Below, one piece after another: positions 23,528 through 36,775 of a stretch of 64,000 nucleotides of DNA. The notes under the pieces were generated by a model. That model searched no databases. It was not told the DNA's origin and saw only the letters and a list, made by a program, of their open reading frames with translations. The translations under genes were made by a program, and so were the position numbers. The first letter of the stretch is position 1; every line of letters begins with the position of its first letter. The DNA is from Squalus acanthias. Taxonomy: Eukaryota. The stretch is from assembly GCA_030390025.1 (NCBI GenBank), contig CM059433.1, forward strand, positions 806,001 through 870,000, in the 5' to 3' direction.

Positions 23528-24080
23528 TTTCCACCATCTACAAGGCACAAGTAAGGAGTGTGATGGAATACTCTCCACTTGCCTGGATGAGTGCAGCTCC
23601 AACAACACTCAAGAAGCTCAACACCATCCAGGACAAAGCAGCCCGCTTGATTGGCACCCCATCCACCACCTTAAACATTCACTCCCTCCACCACCGGCGT
23701 ACCATGGCTGCAGTGTGTACCATCTACAAGATGCACTGCAGCAACTCGCCAAGGCTTCTTCGGCAGCACCTCCCAAACCCGCGACCTCTTCCACCTAGAA
23801 GGACAAATGCAGCAGACGCATGGGAACACCACCACCTCCAAGTTCCCCATCAAGTCACACACCATCCTGACTTAGAAGTATATCACCGATCCTTCATCGT
23901 CGCTGGGTCAAAATCCTGGAACTCCCTCCCTAACAGCACTGTGGGAGCACCTTCACCACACGGACTGCAGCGGTTCAAGAAGGCGGCTCACCACCACCTT
24001 CTCAAGGGCAGTTAGGGATGGGCAATAAATGCTGGCCTTGCCAGCGATGCCCACATCCCATAAACAAATTTAAAAAAAAT
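23528..24080 (+). mobile_element. LINE family B 3' end
   Basis: YKAQVRS.MEYSPLAW and WNSLP peptides; ggcaataaatgctggccttgccagcgatgcccacatccc end. Confidence 0.9.
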
Positions 24081-24081
24081 A

Positions 24082-26893
24082 ATGAGCAAGCACCTGAACA
24101 GCCTGTCCCTGAGGGCACCGTAGAGTGTGGGGAGGGAGAAGAGGAGGAGGAGGAGGAAGAAGACACCGCGTCACTGAATGTCTCACCTGCAGACACCAGC
24201 TCAGATACTGGCACTACGTGTTCTTTAGAGGCTAGTATAGTAACGGGATCTACACAGGGTGATGCACTGGGGACGAGCGGGCTGCAGCAAGGCCAGGGGG
24301 AAAGGGAAGCTCAGGGGCCAGCTCCCTGCTGCACAGGACTCAGATGAGGACCTCAATGGGGAGGCATTTAGAAGAAGATGATGGGCATCGACACGGAGGT
24401 GATAGGTGCAATGGCAAGGGTGCCTGAGAGCCTGTCGGCAACAGTAAGGAGCGTGGAGGAGTCCGCCTCCAACATTGCACAGAGCTCTGCGCACACCATG
24501 GAGCCCATCATTTCCAGTCTGCAAAGGATGGTAGACTCCCAGAGAGACCGTGGTGACCCAGACCTGATGCCGCGTGTGATGGGCGATCTGGCAGCTTCCA
24601 TTGCAGCACAGGCGGAAGCGATGCAACGTCTTAGTGCTGTAATGCAGTCTATGCCTGGTGGCATCCAATCTCAGACTGCTCTCATGCAGTCTAAGTTGAT
24701 GCTACGCAAGCTCTGACTACTGCCATCGTGGCTGGGTCTACCACCATCGACCGGGGCTTTCACGGTGTCGCAGTAGGCCAGTAATCTGTGCTCCAACAGA
24801 TTGCTACGGATGCTGAGGTGCTGCCCCGGGGGAGTGTCAGTGGGTCAGTGGAGCAGGAGCCTGCTGTCCTCTCTCAGGATGACAGCATTCCTGCTCCCAC
24901 CACTGCCACTCTGCCATTGCTCTTGTCACTGCCTATATCCAGCCAGCCCAGACTGCTGCCGCCCATGCTGAGGTGGTGCAGTCTACAGCTGGGCCTTCCA
25001 GGCCCAGAGCTGGTCGAGGGCGTCCTGCAAGACCATCTGAAGTCTGTCGCACAGACACTTAGCAGCCTTCCACCAGCTGTGCTGCAGCCACTGGGCCAAC
25101 ACTTTGTAGGAGCACTAGAGTAGGCAAAGGCACAGTAACGAGAGGCACTAAGGGATTGCACAAGGGTGAATAGTAAATATTGTTGTTGTAAAGATGTGTT
25201 CACTGATTATTGATAAATTTATTAATTCAGTTTGGATTCTTTTGTGCTGTGTCTCGTGATACAACCTGCGACAGGGATGGAATGATAGGGATGTGGTGAG
25301 CAATGGGGATCTGGGGTTTAATTTATTGGAACCGCAGTCTGATGAGGCGATCACGGACCGCCCTTCCGGAAGGCCGATTGAGTGACTGCCTCCTCCCTCG
25401 CTCCTGTTCCTCCTGCTCCTCCTCCTCATCCTCTCCCTCTTCCTCCTCCTGAGGTGGTCCCGCAATCTCTGGTGGCAAGGGCTGTGCCCTCATGATGGCC
25501 AAGTTGTGGAGCGTGCAGCAAACCACCACGAAATGGGACACCTGCTCAGCCAAGTACTGGAGGGTTCCTCCCGAGCGGTCAAGGTAGCAGAACCGTTACT
25601 TCAGTAGGTCGATGGTCTGCTCGATGATGTTCCTGGTGGCAGTATGGCTCTCATTATATGAGTTGTGGGCAGGAGTGTTGAGTTTGCGGAGGGGAGTCAT
25701 GAGCCAGGTGGAGAGCGGATAGCCCTTGTCTCCGACCAGCCAGCCGCGAGCTTGATGTGGTGGCTGGAAGATTGCTGGCACACCGGTCTGGCACAGGATG
25801 AAGGCATCGTGGCTGCTGCCAGGATAGTGGGCATTGACGGTGAGGATGCGCTGTCTGAGGTCGCACACCAACTGCACATTATGTGAATGGTAGCCTTTGC
25901 AGTTACGGAAGACCTCAGGATTGTTATGCGGTGCCCGCAAAGCCACGCGGGTGCAGTCAATGGCGCCCTGCACCATGGGGAATCTCGCTATCCTGGCAAA
26001 ACCACATGCACGCTCGTCCTGCTTCTCTCTGGTGATAGGGAAGGAAATGTAATCCCTTCTCCTACCTTAGAGAGCCTCTGTGACCTCCCGGATGCAGTGA
26101 TGAACAGCGAACTGCGAGATGTTAGCTATGTCTCCTGTTGCAGACTTGAAGGATCCGCTGGTGAAGAAATTGAGGGCGATGGTTACCTTGACTGCCACTG
26201 AGAGAGCTGTGGTCGCCCTGATCTGAGGCTGGAGGTCTGGTTGCAGGAGGTGGCAGAGTTCTGTGACCAACTCCTTGCTGAAGCGGAGCCTTCTAATACA
26301 CTGCTTCTCGCTTCATTGAATGTAGGAGAAGTGCTCTCGAAATACCCTTGGAAGGTAAGGCCTCCTGTTGAGAGCCCTCATGGCCCTCCTCCTCCCTCTG
26401 GCCACATGTTCCAGTCTTTCTCGCTGCCTCCGCTCCTTCCGCCATAGATCCTAGAGGGCGAGGTCGACTACCAGTACAGCCCCTATTAATGTAACCAAGT
26501 GTAGCAGTTAGATTTTTTTAAGATTAAATGTAGTTACTTTTTAGTTGCCACGACACTCCTGATACAAAAGAACCTTGAAATTACTGAATGAAACTGTTGG
26601 AGAATGTGAAATTGATAAGAAACCACTGAAACTCCACTAACCTGACAGCTGTGAGTCATTATTGATGATCCCTTTAAATAACGTCCCTGAAGCCGGCTTC
26701 CTGGTGCTTCATGCCAGCTCTCCCTGTCGCTGTTTACTCCAGGCGCTAAGGTAGGTGGCGACAATCAATTTCGCAGATTGGGCGGTCAGTGAGCTTTGCA
26801 CACTCACTGACATCACGATCCACCTGGTATTGACGCTCCCAGCTCTTACCGGCGGTGCTACGGGGGTAATGCTCTAGTGCCCCGTTAGCGGCG
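24082..26893. mobile_element. Decayed Harbinger: Myb last exon (plus, about 24082-25180) and transposase (minus); no TIRs seen
   Basis: EVLPRGS..QDDSIPA peptide shared with 7760-8742; convergent transposase pseudogene. Confidence 0.85.
25323..26490 (-). pseudogene. Harbinger transposase pseudogene
   Basis: ELCHLLQPDLQP, GAIDCT, GDKGY and RNIIEQTI motifs with in-frame stops. Confidence 0.9.
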
Positions 26894-26959
26894 TCTGCAT
26901 CTATACATCCAATGTGACATCCAGAAATCAACTCATCATCCATATGCATTCCCTTAGTT

Positions 26960-29747
26960 CATATGCAATGCAGGAAGAGGTTTCATGATCTTCTCCGCAC
27001 AGGAAAAGTGAGAATGACTTTTCCATCACCCTCAATCTGATCCCCATCGCCTCTCCTCACCAGCTTTCTGCTTTGCCAACCTCTTCCTCCACATTCCACT
27101 TGACACTTACATGCCTGCACCCTTACCCACTCCCTCTCTCACTAAGGTCACATTAATTTAACTATTCTACCATGCAGCCCTCACACTCCCTATCACTGTG
27201 ATGCCATGACAACAACAACTTTCAGCACACAGGGAGGGTCCTTTGTCTCCTTCTAAGCATCTATGCTATGGAATCTCTACACTCACTCCTTCATTCTCAC
27301 TAAAACTCCACTTGTGTCCCTCATTGCAGGAAAAGAGAGCCCACAATAAGAGGGAAAGAGCCATGACAGGAGGAGAGCCACCCTCAGTAGCCCAGCTCAC
27401 CCCCTGGGAGGAGGCGGCCCTGGAGATCGCCGGAATCGAGGAGGATTCCCAAGTGGGGGACGGACAGATGGGCGCATCACAGCAAGCTGGTGACAGAATA
27501 GTTTGGCATCTCTCATTGACATTGCACGAGTCACTGATAATGAATCTGATGCTCTAACAGATTGACTTATGATCATCTGCACTTTTCAATGTTCATGTAA
27601 CCTTGACCTCACAACTCAACTCTTTCCTTTACTCCCCCACAGGACCATCGAGAGCTCCCGTTCCAACTGTCCAGGAGGAAGAGCCTGAGCTTCCAGACTC
27701 CTCAGAGGAAGCTGCAACCTCTGAGGGAGCAGCGTCAGCAGAATTCAGCGCACCCAGCACCAACGCAGACACTCACACCACGGTGGGACCTTCGCGAGAT
27801 AGAGTAGTGTTGTCACCTGGTGTATCACAGCTCACAAGTGAGCATCAGCAGATGGTGGAGACAGGGACAGCAGTGGAGAGTCCTCGTCGGAGGGTGCAGG
27901 ACTCTGCCAGCTCGGCTCAGCTGCATGTCGACCCTGTGCCTCCGGGTACATTCAGAAGGAGAGCGGTGCTGGAACTCCAGGAACAGGTGCAGGAGACTCT
28001 GGCAGGTTTTGTCTCCAGGGTCGCTGCGAGTGGAGCGAATGGAGGAGTCCATCGCGAACATGAGCAGAGCCTTTATGGAGGCACTGGCGCGGAAAGGATG
28101 GGAACCTCCGTGGAAAGGATGGCTACCTCTATGGTAAGGCTGGCTACCATAGAGGAGAGGATGGCTACGATAGAGAAGAGGATGGCTACGTCCATGGAGG
28201 AGCTTAGTCGCCAGGGTATGGAAAACATGGTAATTGTTCAGAATAGACTGACATCTCTTGAGGAACGATGGTCAGCTATTGAGCAGAGAAACCAGACCTT
28301 CATGGAAGTCCTCTGGAGTAGGACTTCCAGTGCAGAAACGGGTCCTCATGGCCCCCTGCAGTGCAGCAAGGTGCTGTCCAGCCACTTGCTAGCTCTGAAG
28401 TGGGGTTGACCCATGAGAGGGATGTTGGTGGCAGAGAACAAGGAAGTGGGGGCTCCTCTCCAAGTGCTCACATGACCATGCCACTGCAGAGCCCTCGGTC
28501 AGAGCCCCACCAGAGTCCCCACCCAACTGAGATCGGCGTCTCAACTCCTGCACAGCCGCAGGAGCAGCAGACTGTTGCCGAGCCCTCAGAGGTTCGCAAC
28601 CCCAGAGGACATCCGCCAAAGGTGTCGAGACAGGAGCAGCAAGAAAGTGAGCAAGGGGCCTCCACATCTGCTGAAGCCACAGGGGAAGCACCACGCAGGA
28701 GCACGTGTAAGAGGAAGATAATGCACAAGTAGTCACAAGGGTTGTCACTTGGGTGTAATGTTGTGTTTAATTTTGAGAAGCCATCAGTTGCTTATAGTCA
28801 TAAATAATTCTGATGGCAAACTATTGCAGTTGTGGCGTGTGTCATTTTGCTAATGGGACTTCCACATTGAGGGCTTAGGGCGACTTGCAATTGTCAGTAT
28901 GGTGGTCAGAGTGAGAGGAATCTGCAGGTTCTTGTCCATTGTCGATGCTTTGGTAAGAAGGTGCGAGGCTAAACTGTTTGATTGTGCAGGCTAAGCAAAT
29001 GTGACCAACATGAGTGCGTCCCTTGCATCCCGGGCAGCAATATGGTGGCGCTCTGGCACCTTCTGGCCTGTGCATCTTCAGGTGGGTGACTAGCAACTTG
29101 GCGCTCCTGTTGATGCTCCTGCTGTTGGTGCTGCTGTTGCTCATGTTTCTGCTGCTGCCGCTGCTGGTCTTCATCCGAATCTGATGTCCAGGAGGAAAGG
29201 AATTAAATAGTCGCCATGCTTCTGGTATATGCCTCAGTTGAGGAAGCGCTTAGTCAAGGTGGGGAGAGGGTTTTCCAAGGAGGTCACACTGGAGATGGGT
29301 GTCAGGCTCCAAACTTCCACAACAGTGAGTATGCCTGCTAAAAGTTCCCCCAGACCTGAAACAACAAAGTTCTGCCACCTGCAAATGATCATCGGTGAAA
29401 ACTCATTTGTAATGGTGGAGCTGCAGCTGTTCGTAAGCAGTCCACTAGTGAGGCCGCCAGGACTACCTGGCATGTTCCAGAGGAGGCGTGTAGGATGGGG
29501 GAAATGTGTTAAAATCGGAAAGGCCTCTCAAAATGGGATTATAGAGGCAATTAAGTGGTTGTTAAGGGCCTTAAGGGCCTATCCCGCCTCTTGGAGGCGG
29601 GATGGAAAGCGGGTTAGAAAACATGCACTTGGGAAAATTGCTCGGAGGCGGGATGGAGGCGGGAACGGGCCCGCCCGCCAGTTTTGGTGATTTTAACAAC
29701 TCGCACGCCTCCAAACCCGCCTCCTTGGGGCTGGGAAAATCGAGCCC
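26960..29747. mobile_element. Decayed Harbinger of another family: Myb gene (plus, about 26960-28732) and right TIR; left end missing
   Basis: QCRKRFHDL then GTGAG donor; exon EKRAHNKRERAMTGG; basic C-terminus; end GGGAAAATCGAGCCC at 29747. Confidence 0.75.
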
Positions 29748-31537
29748 AATTTCTTCTGGGAGGCCGTATGAAGAAAACAATCTTCGCAAATTGTCTAGTG
29801 ATTTGCTTGTTGTTATTATCCGCATCGGAAACATCTCTAACCACTTCGAGACTATCTATCAGTATGAACAATTGCTGTCCTTCTAGCTCAGCAAAATCTA
29901 CATGTAACCTTTGCCACACTCTGGGAGGCCATTTCCATGTCTGTAATGGTACTGATGGTGGTTTCTTGCTCACCGATTGACATGTTGTACACTGACTGAC
30001 TATGTACTCTAACTCTTTAGCTAAACCTGGCCACCATAAGTAACTGCGTGCAAAGCTCTTGGTCAAGCACATTCCCAGGTGCTGGCCATGAAGATCTCCT
30101 AACAATTTTGACCTGAACCTATTTGTCATAACTACTCTTGCTCCCCACATAATGCAATCTTTATCCACTGACAATTCATTCCTACAAACAAAGTATGGAT
30201 GGATATCTTCCTCTGATACCTGGTTTGGCCATCCATTTGCTATGTAATCATACACCTTTGACATAATTGGGTCACATTTGGTTGCCCTACCAATCTCTTC
30301 AGCTGTGACTGGCAGCTCATCAATGTATGAGAAATAGAACACTTCCTCCTTATTGGGTGTAACTTGTGATGGCGATGGCAACCTGGACATAGCATCAGCA
30401 TTACTGTGATCAGCTGATCATCTGTACTCAATGTCATACGCATACGCTGACAAAATCAAAGCCCATCTCTGTATTCAGGCTGCAGCTAAGTTTGGAACTG
30501 GGGACTTTGGATGGAGGATTGCTGTCAGGGGCTTATGGTCAGTAACTGTGGTAAACTTACGACCAAACAAGTATCATTGACAAAGCTTCCCTTTCGATCT
30601 GCGCATAATTCCGCTCACTGGCACTGAGAGTGCGTGAAGCAAAAGCAATTGGTCTCTCCTCCCCACTATCTAGTACATGAGAGATCACTGCCCCAACTCC
30701 ATATGGAGAGGCGTCACACCTTAGCTTGATCCCCTTAGATACATCATAGTGAACTAACGTGATACTCTCTACTAACTGGCTTTTACACTCTTTGAATGCT
30801 GTGTCACATTCTTTTGACCACTTCCAAGGGACCTGTTTTCTCAAAAGCTCATTCAGTTGATGTAACAATGTAGCCAAGTTTGGGAGGAACTTTCTGTAAT
30901 AATTCAAAAGACCCAAAAATGATCAAAGTTCAGAGACATTCTTGGGAGTGGGTACATTTCTGATTGCATCCAGCTTTCCCTTGGTTGGATGTAAACCATC
31001 TTTGTCTACTCTGTGCCCTAAATACTCCACTGAGTTTTGAAACAACTCACACTTGTGAGCTGTCACTTGTACTCCGTGCTTCTCTAGCCGTTTGAGCACT
31101 TCATTCAACACCTCATCATGGATTTGCCTGTTTGGTGCTGAAATTAGTACGTCATCCAAATAACACACAACCCCTTCAATCCCTTGTAAAATTTGGTTCA
31201 TCACCCCCTGGAATATGTCGGGGACAGAAGACACTCCAAATTGTAGCCTATTGAACTGATATAGGCCTCAGTGAGTATTTATAGTCAAGCATGACTCGGA
31301 CTTTTCATCTAACTCAAGTTGTAGGTAGGCATTTGTTAGATCTAACTTCGAAAAGATCTGGCCACCTGTCAGCGTTGTGAACAAATCTTCCGCATTTGGC
31401 AACGTATTGGGTAGATTACACTCTAGAACCTGGTTTACGGTTACCTTATAATCACCACACTACCTTACCTTACCACCTGACTTAGGTACAACCACAATGG
31501 GTGTAGCCCAATTGCTCAGATCTACCTCAGAGATAAT

Positions 31538-32269
31538 GGGGGCAAAATTCGGCTCCTTGGCGCCTTCTGTTAGTGCCTCTGGGGGAGGGGGACGGGGAGG
31601 GGGAAAGTGCCTTCCCCGAAATACAACGGGGCATTTCTGAGGCGCTACCCGATAGTGCCATGCTCCCGCTGGTAGTGCCCCGGGCCGCCGCGCCTCTGGT
31701 GATGGCGTCATCGCCGTGCGCCGTGACCCCTTCGCACCCCGCCGCGTCCCCTTACCGGCCCGTGGCAGAAATTCGGCGCCGCCCCACGAGGCTGCTGCAG
31801 GCGGTGTCAGTGGGTCGCGAGCCGGTCCGACCTCCGCTCGCCGGGCGGTAGTTAAAGGGGAGGTGCGGCTGCGGGCTGCGGGCTGCGGGCTGCGGGCTGC
31901 GACCTGCGCCACCATTTTCTTTTTCTGGCCGACCTCCAGGCTGCTGCCGTGGCACCACACGGCCCTGGTGGCCTAGCTGGGGCCATGGGAGGCTTGGCAG
32001 AGTGCACAGTGGCCCTCTCCTTTAACTGAAGGGGAGGGGTGTTGAAATGCAGCAGCGGTCCGCGGAGCCTCGGTGGAGCACTGCCGATCGCGCCCCGACA
32101 TCGCCTCGGTTACCGCCCCACCAGGAAGCCCCGACATTGCGCTCCACTTCCTCAGTGGGGCGGTAAGGCGAATATTGCAGGCCGGGGCGGGATTTCCTCG
32201 CCGGGCGCAGGATGTCCCGCCTCGCCAGCGTTACTGCCCCGAAACGGGGCGCTACTGAATTTTGCGCCC
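31538..32269. mobile_element. Harbinger-type MITE nested in Gypsy pol
   Basis: TIR GGGGGCAAAATTC / GAATTTTGCGCCC; TSD AAT; removal restores ETEDIISEVD. Confidence 0.92.
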
Positions 32270-33296
32270 AATGTCCTCAGTTTCTAGTCTTTTGAGTTCT
32301 TGCTCAACTTTCTCCTTGAGTGCGTATGGTGCGGGACGTGGCTTGCAGTAAACTGGACTTGCGTCCTTCTGTACTCTGACATTCGCTTTGAAGTCTGGGA
32401 TCGGACTGCCCGTTTCACTGAACACCTTCGGATACTGCTTGATGACATCATCTTTCAATGCAAATTTCGCTTCCACATGAAAAATCTCATTCCAATCCAG
32501 CTTCAGTGATCCCCAACCAATTTCTACCTATCAAGGCAGGCTTGTCTCCTGCCACTACTATGAGAGGCAAGCTCTGACACTGATCCTTGTATTTCACTGG
32601 TACGGTGACACTTCCTACTACAGGGATTTGCTCTCCTGAGTAGCCTCGCAGCTCTACCTTCGATTTCTCTAGTCGATAATCACGCAACTTGTCGCGATAT
32701 AGTGATTCCGGTACTATGCTCACGGATGCACCAGTGTCGATTTCCATGGGTATCCTGGTTCCTGCGACATCTACTTGGATGACAATACCTTGCAAATCGC
32801 TGTTAGATACCATCATGCTCCTGATGACGTGAATCTCCAGAAACTCCTCGTCCTGCTGCTTCTCTTCAGCGGTATGTAGTGTCTGGCGATTTCTACTTCT
32901 AGCATTGCCAGTCGGTTTACTCTTCTCTCGGCACGCCTTCACAAGATGCCCAGTTTCCTTGCAGTAAAAACACACTGCCTTCACATATGGACAGCTTTGA
33001 GCGATGTGTTGTCCCAGGCACCGATAGCACGACTTCAATGCACTGTTACCTTGGCCAGTTGCTGAGGCCTTGGGGCCCAACTGCCTTTTACTTTTAGTCT
33101 GCAGCCGATTCACCTCGGTTGTCTGACGACTGGAAATGGCACGGAACTCTCGGGAGTGTCGGTCGACCATATCCATCGACATAGCTGTCTGACAAGCTAA
33201 GTCAAAAGTCAGGTTAGGGGTTGTCATCAATTTACTTCTGATACGTTCTTTTTTCAACCCACAAACAAAGCGGTCACGCAAAGCTCGGTCCTGAAA

Positions 33297-33569
33297 TGTG
33301 TGGGTTAGGTTGATTTGGCTATGATAAATTGACCCTTAGTGTTAGGGGGGATTAAATATGTGGGGTTATGGGGATAGGATGGGATATGTTAGGGGGAATT
33401 AAATACGTGGGGTTACGGGGGTAGGGTGGGATATGTGTACTGTGGGGATTAAAGCAGGGACAGGGTACTGGATTTGGATGATCAGCCATGATCGTATTGA
33501 ATGGCGGAGCAGGCTCGACGGGCCGAATGGCCTACTCCTGCTCCTAGATTCTATGTTTCTATGTTTCTA
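33297..33569 (+). mobile_element. 5'-truncated HE1-like SINE with CR1 tail, nested in gag
   Basis: TSD TGAAA (33292-33296, 33570-33574); (CTATGTTT)n tail; removal restores CHFRNFQDRALRDRF. Confidence 0.8.
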
Positions 33570-34140
33570 TGAAAGTTTCTGAAATGACAGTGAATGGATA
33601 GCTTTTTTAAAGCTACAATGTACTCTCTGATACCCTCGTCATTTAATTGATCGCGTGTTCCAAAACGATAACTTTCAGCAATTTCCAGGGGCTCAGGACT
33701 GTAGTGCTGTTCTAACTTGGTTAGGATCTCCTTCAGTGGCGTGTCTTTCGGGTTGGTGGGAACAAGCACATTTTTCAGGGTTTCATACACCTCGGGGCCT
33801 GCTTCAGTCAAAAAAATAACCCGTTTCATTTCTAAAACCGCCTGGTTATGATTTACATCATCGGGGACTTCAACGATACTATTCGTGGTGAAAAACATTT
33901 CTAGCCGCTCCACATATGCTCCGAATGTCTCTCGGTCATGATGGAACTCACCCAAGTGCCCTATTATCCCCATAGTCATGGCCATCTGGACTCTGGCAAC
34001 ATCAAAAGTTCAACCGCGTGTGCTTGAAATTTACCTCGGATTTTACATTTTTTCTGCAAAACGAAGAACCTCTAGCAGTCCCTCCGTCGGTTGGCAGGAT
34101 TACCCTCCAACAAAAATATCAGCTAGTGAATCCGCAATCG

Positions 34141-34154
34141 CATCCTCATCGCCA
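34141..34154 (-). promoter_or_regulatory. Primer-binding site of the Gypsy element
   Basis: TGGCGATGAGGATG a few nt after the LTR end (...ATATCACA) on the minus strand. Confidence 0.75.
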
Positions 34155-35889
34155 ACTCTGTGATATCGTGAGACACAGCATATATATACAACAGCACAAC
34201 TTGGCTTCCGGTAAGAACTGTACTGCACATGGCTTTATTATATACATCAGTAGTCCACCAGACGGCTCTATTACACTACCCTTTATACCCTTTGTGGACC
34301 ACAGCAGAACTCACGGAAGCTGAGAGTTGGGACAAGTCGTCGTGAATACCTTAAGAGGCCCCAAACCTTTATTAGGGAAAGGTAATCGGTCCCAGAGGGG
34401 ACAATTATCTTCCCAAAGAGGTACGCTTGCAGAAGTTCTGAAGAGGCAATTGTTTCCAGGGCCTCACCCAGGGCTCCTCTCCTCCATTGGAATGGCATGA
34501 TGCCATTCTAACATGGCGGCTGGTGGCTCAGGTCAGGTGTCACTGGTGCATCCACCTGGACATGCAAATGAGCCCTTCCCAGGGATTTAGGACAGTGTCC
34601 AGAAGTTTCAGAGTCCAGAAGCTTAACATCAGCGCAAAGTTGAAACTGCTTCGCACTAACGCTAAACTTGCAGTTTGAATACACCGTTAATGTGTCTGAC
34701 AAATGCCTACTTACATTTATTGCTGAACACATTACTCATCTGTAAAAGCCAGCATGACAAAATGGGATTTATATATTTTTTTATAGTATCTACTCTTAAT
34801 CTCCTTGATGTCCTGTCTTCTAGCTCCACTATGAAGTATGTAGCCATTCCTGCTTATGTGCGTATTGGTACATTAAGATTTTTATTATATGTCAAGCACT
34901 ATAAACTTGGACAGAGCAAGTTTGGACGGTCCACTAAATTTGCTTTCATTTGCTCACTTGAAAACTTCACAAGGAGAATTGTTACCTTGCAAGCACTCCC
35001 CCCCTCCCCCAACTGCTTTATGCCGTAGGTAAATTCCACACCTGAAGGTCATGCAGAGTATTTCCATATCAATAATCAGGCTTTTCTTGTACACTATGCG
35101 TTTTCCTTTGTATTTTCTGGTTACCTTTCTCTGTGTGTCTTCCTGCGTACTGTGAGTGAAATGGTTTCCATGCTTGGTTTGTTCTAACTTGCATGCACAC
35201 GAGAAAGTTTTAATTCAGATTACATTATGAGATTTATTCGTTTTCATGTTGTGCCTCAGTATCCTTGCTCCTGTTTCTCCTTTGTATTGTGGAACCTTGA
35301 CTCTCTGCCATAATGGAAAGAACCACCCAGTTATCATGGAGATTGGTAGATAATCGAGAGACCCCCCAATACTTAGTCTGACACAGTGCGGGATTAAGGG
35401 CGTGAATCGGTTAGCGCACACACTGCACGTGCTATAAGAGGCTGGCGCGAGGAAGACCCGAAATTGGTCGTCAGGCCTCATTTGAATATTTCGGGCGAGC
35501 TGCCCCTGGAGCCTTGACAGGAGGCCCGACCACCAATTTCGTTCCACTCTGGACCCCTTCAATTTTGAACGGCCTGCCTTTTTCAGGATCGCTGGTTAGG
35601 CCGCATGTATGTCAGATAACCCTGAGTGTAGCAGGCCTGACGCCTGCTCCACTCGGGACAAATGAATTTCTGGGATGAGTTCCTAAAACAGGCGCTGGAC
35701 CCTTATTAGCATTTTCAAGGGGCCTAATGCCTGTTTTAGGCGGCCGTCAGGAACAAACCAATATGGCATCGGACATTTTGAAATGCTGTTTGGCGTGGGA
35801 GTTTGGTCCTCTATACTGGAAGTCTAGCTGCTTGGAAAACAGGTGCAACAAGATCCAATTTCACCCCCAGTGATTTTTAGCATTTGATT

Positions 35890-36126
35890 AAAAAAGCAAA
35901 ATACTGCGGATGCTGGAAATCTGAAATAAAAACAGAAAATGCTGGAAATATTCAGCAGGTCAGGCAGCATCTGTGGAGAGAGAAACAGAGTTAACGTTTC
36001 AGGTCGATGACCCTTCGTCAAAAAAGAAACAGACGAAGGGTCATCGACCTGAAACAAATTCTGTTTCTCTCTCCACAGATGCTGCCTGACCTGCTGAGTA
36101 TTTCCAGCATTTTCTGTTTTTATTTT
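35890..36126. mobile_element. Fold-back non-autonomous Penelope-type element (two inverted pseudo-LTR arms)
   Basis: About 95-bp inverted arms, each with GACGA-AGGGTCATCGACCT-GAAAC; left arm has an extra tail; degenerate flanking duplication tagYatYtgatt. Confidence 0.8.
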
Positions 36127-36667
36127 AGTATCTGATTGGTCTGTTTAGTTTACCAAATCAAATCCTCAGCACATGCAGGTAAGACTTTCCAAAAAATATG
36201 AGACATATTCTTGTCAAAAAGTGCTGGCTGCTAGTCTTTTTTGCCCTGAACACCAAACTTCCACTGGTCTCCTGACCGGATATTAAATATCAGTGCTGCA
36301 TGCATAGTAAATTCTACTGGACCTCCAGATAACAACTATTTATCCTAGTGGATTAAGGACCCAGAGTCTGTGAAAAATGAATTCAAAAATGCTCAATTTA
36401 ATTTTAGTTGGGATGTGCAAAACTAAGCCCTGAAAGTCGCAAAAATTCTTGCAGCTAATGAAAGAACAGATAATCAAAGTTCCACTGTACTTCATTCATG
36501 CTCTGCTCTTTCTTTGCTTCTCTCTATATTTCTTTGCTCGTTCTGTGCTTTCTCTCTGCTGTCTTTGTATTTTATTTTCTTGTCTTTGCTGTTAATGTGT
36601 TTCTTTGCTATCTCACTCATTCTCCATCTCCTCTCCTTTCATATCACTTTCACATCCTATTTCTACC

Positions 36668-36775
36668 TTCACCACACAGACTGTCGCGGTTCAAGAAGGC
36701 GGCCCAGCGCTACCTTCTCAAGGACAGCTCAGGATGGGCAATAAATGCCGGCCCTGCCAGCGACACCCACATTTA
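36668..36775 (+). mobile_element. LINE family B / SINE 3' tail
   Basis: cggttcaagaaggcggc...ggcaataaatgcc. Confidence 0.75.

Larger units (their letters stand above)
29748..34335 (-). mobile_element. Decayed Ty3/Gypsy LTR retrotransposon (Mag-like); integrase C-terminus and 3' LTR missing
   Basis: gag with two CCHC knuckles, protease DTGA, RT YLDD, RNase H (CDASPYG), integrase HHCC in Gypsy domain order; LTR from about 34159, far end uncertain. Confidence 0.92.
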
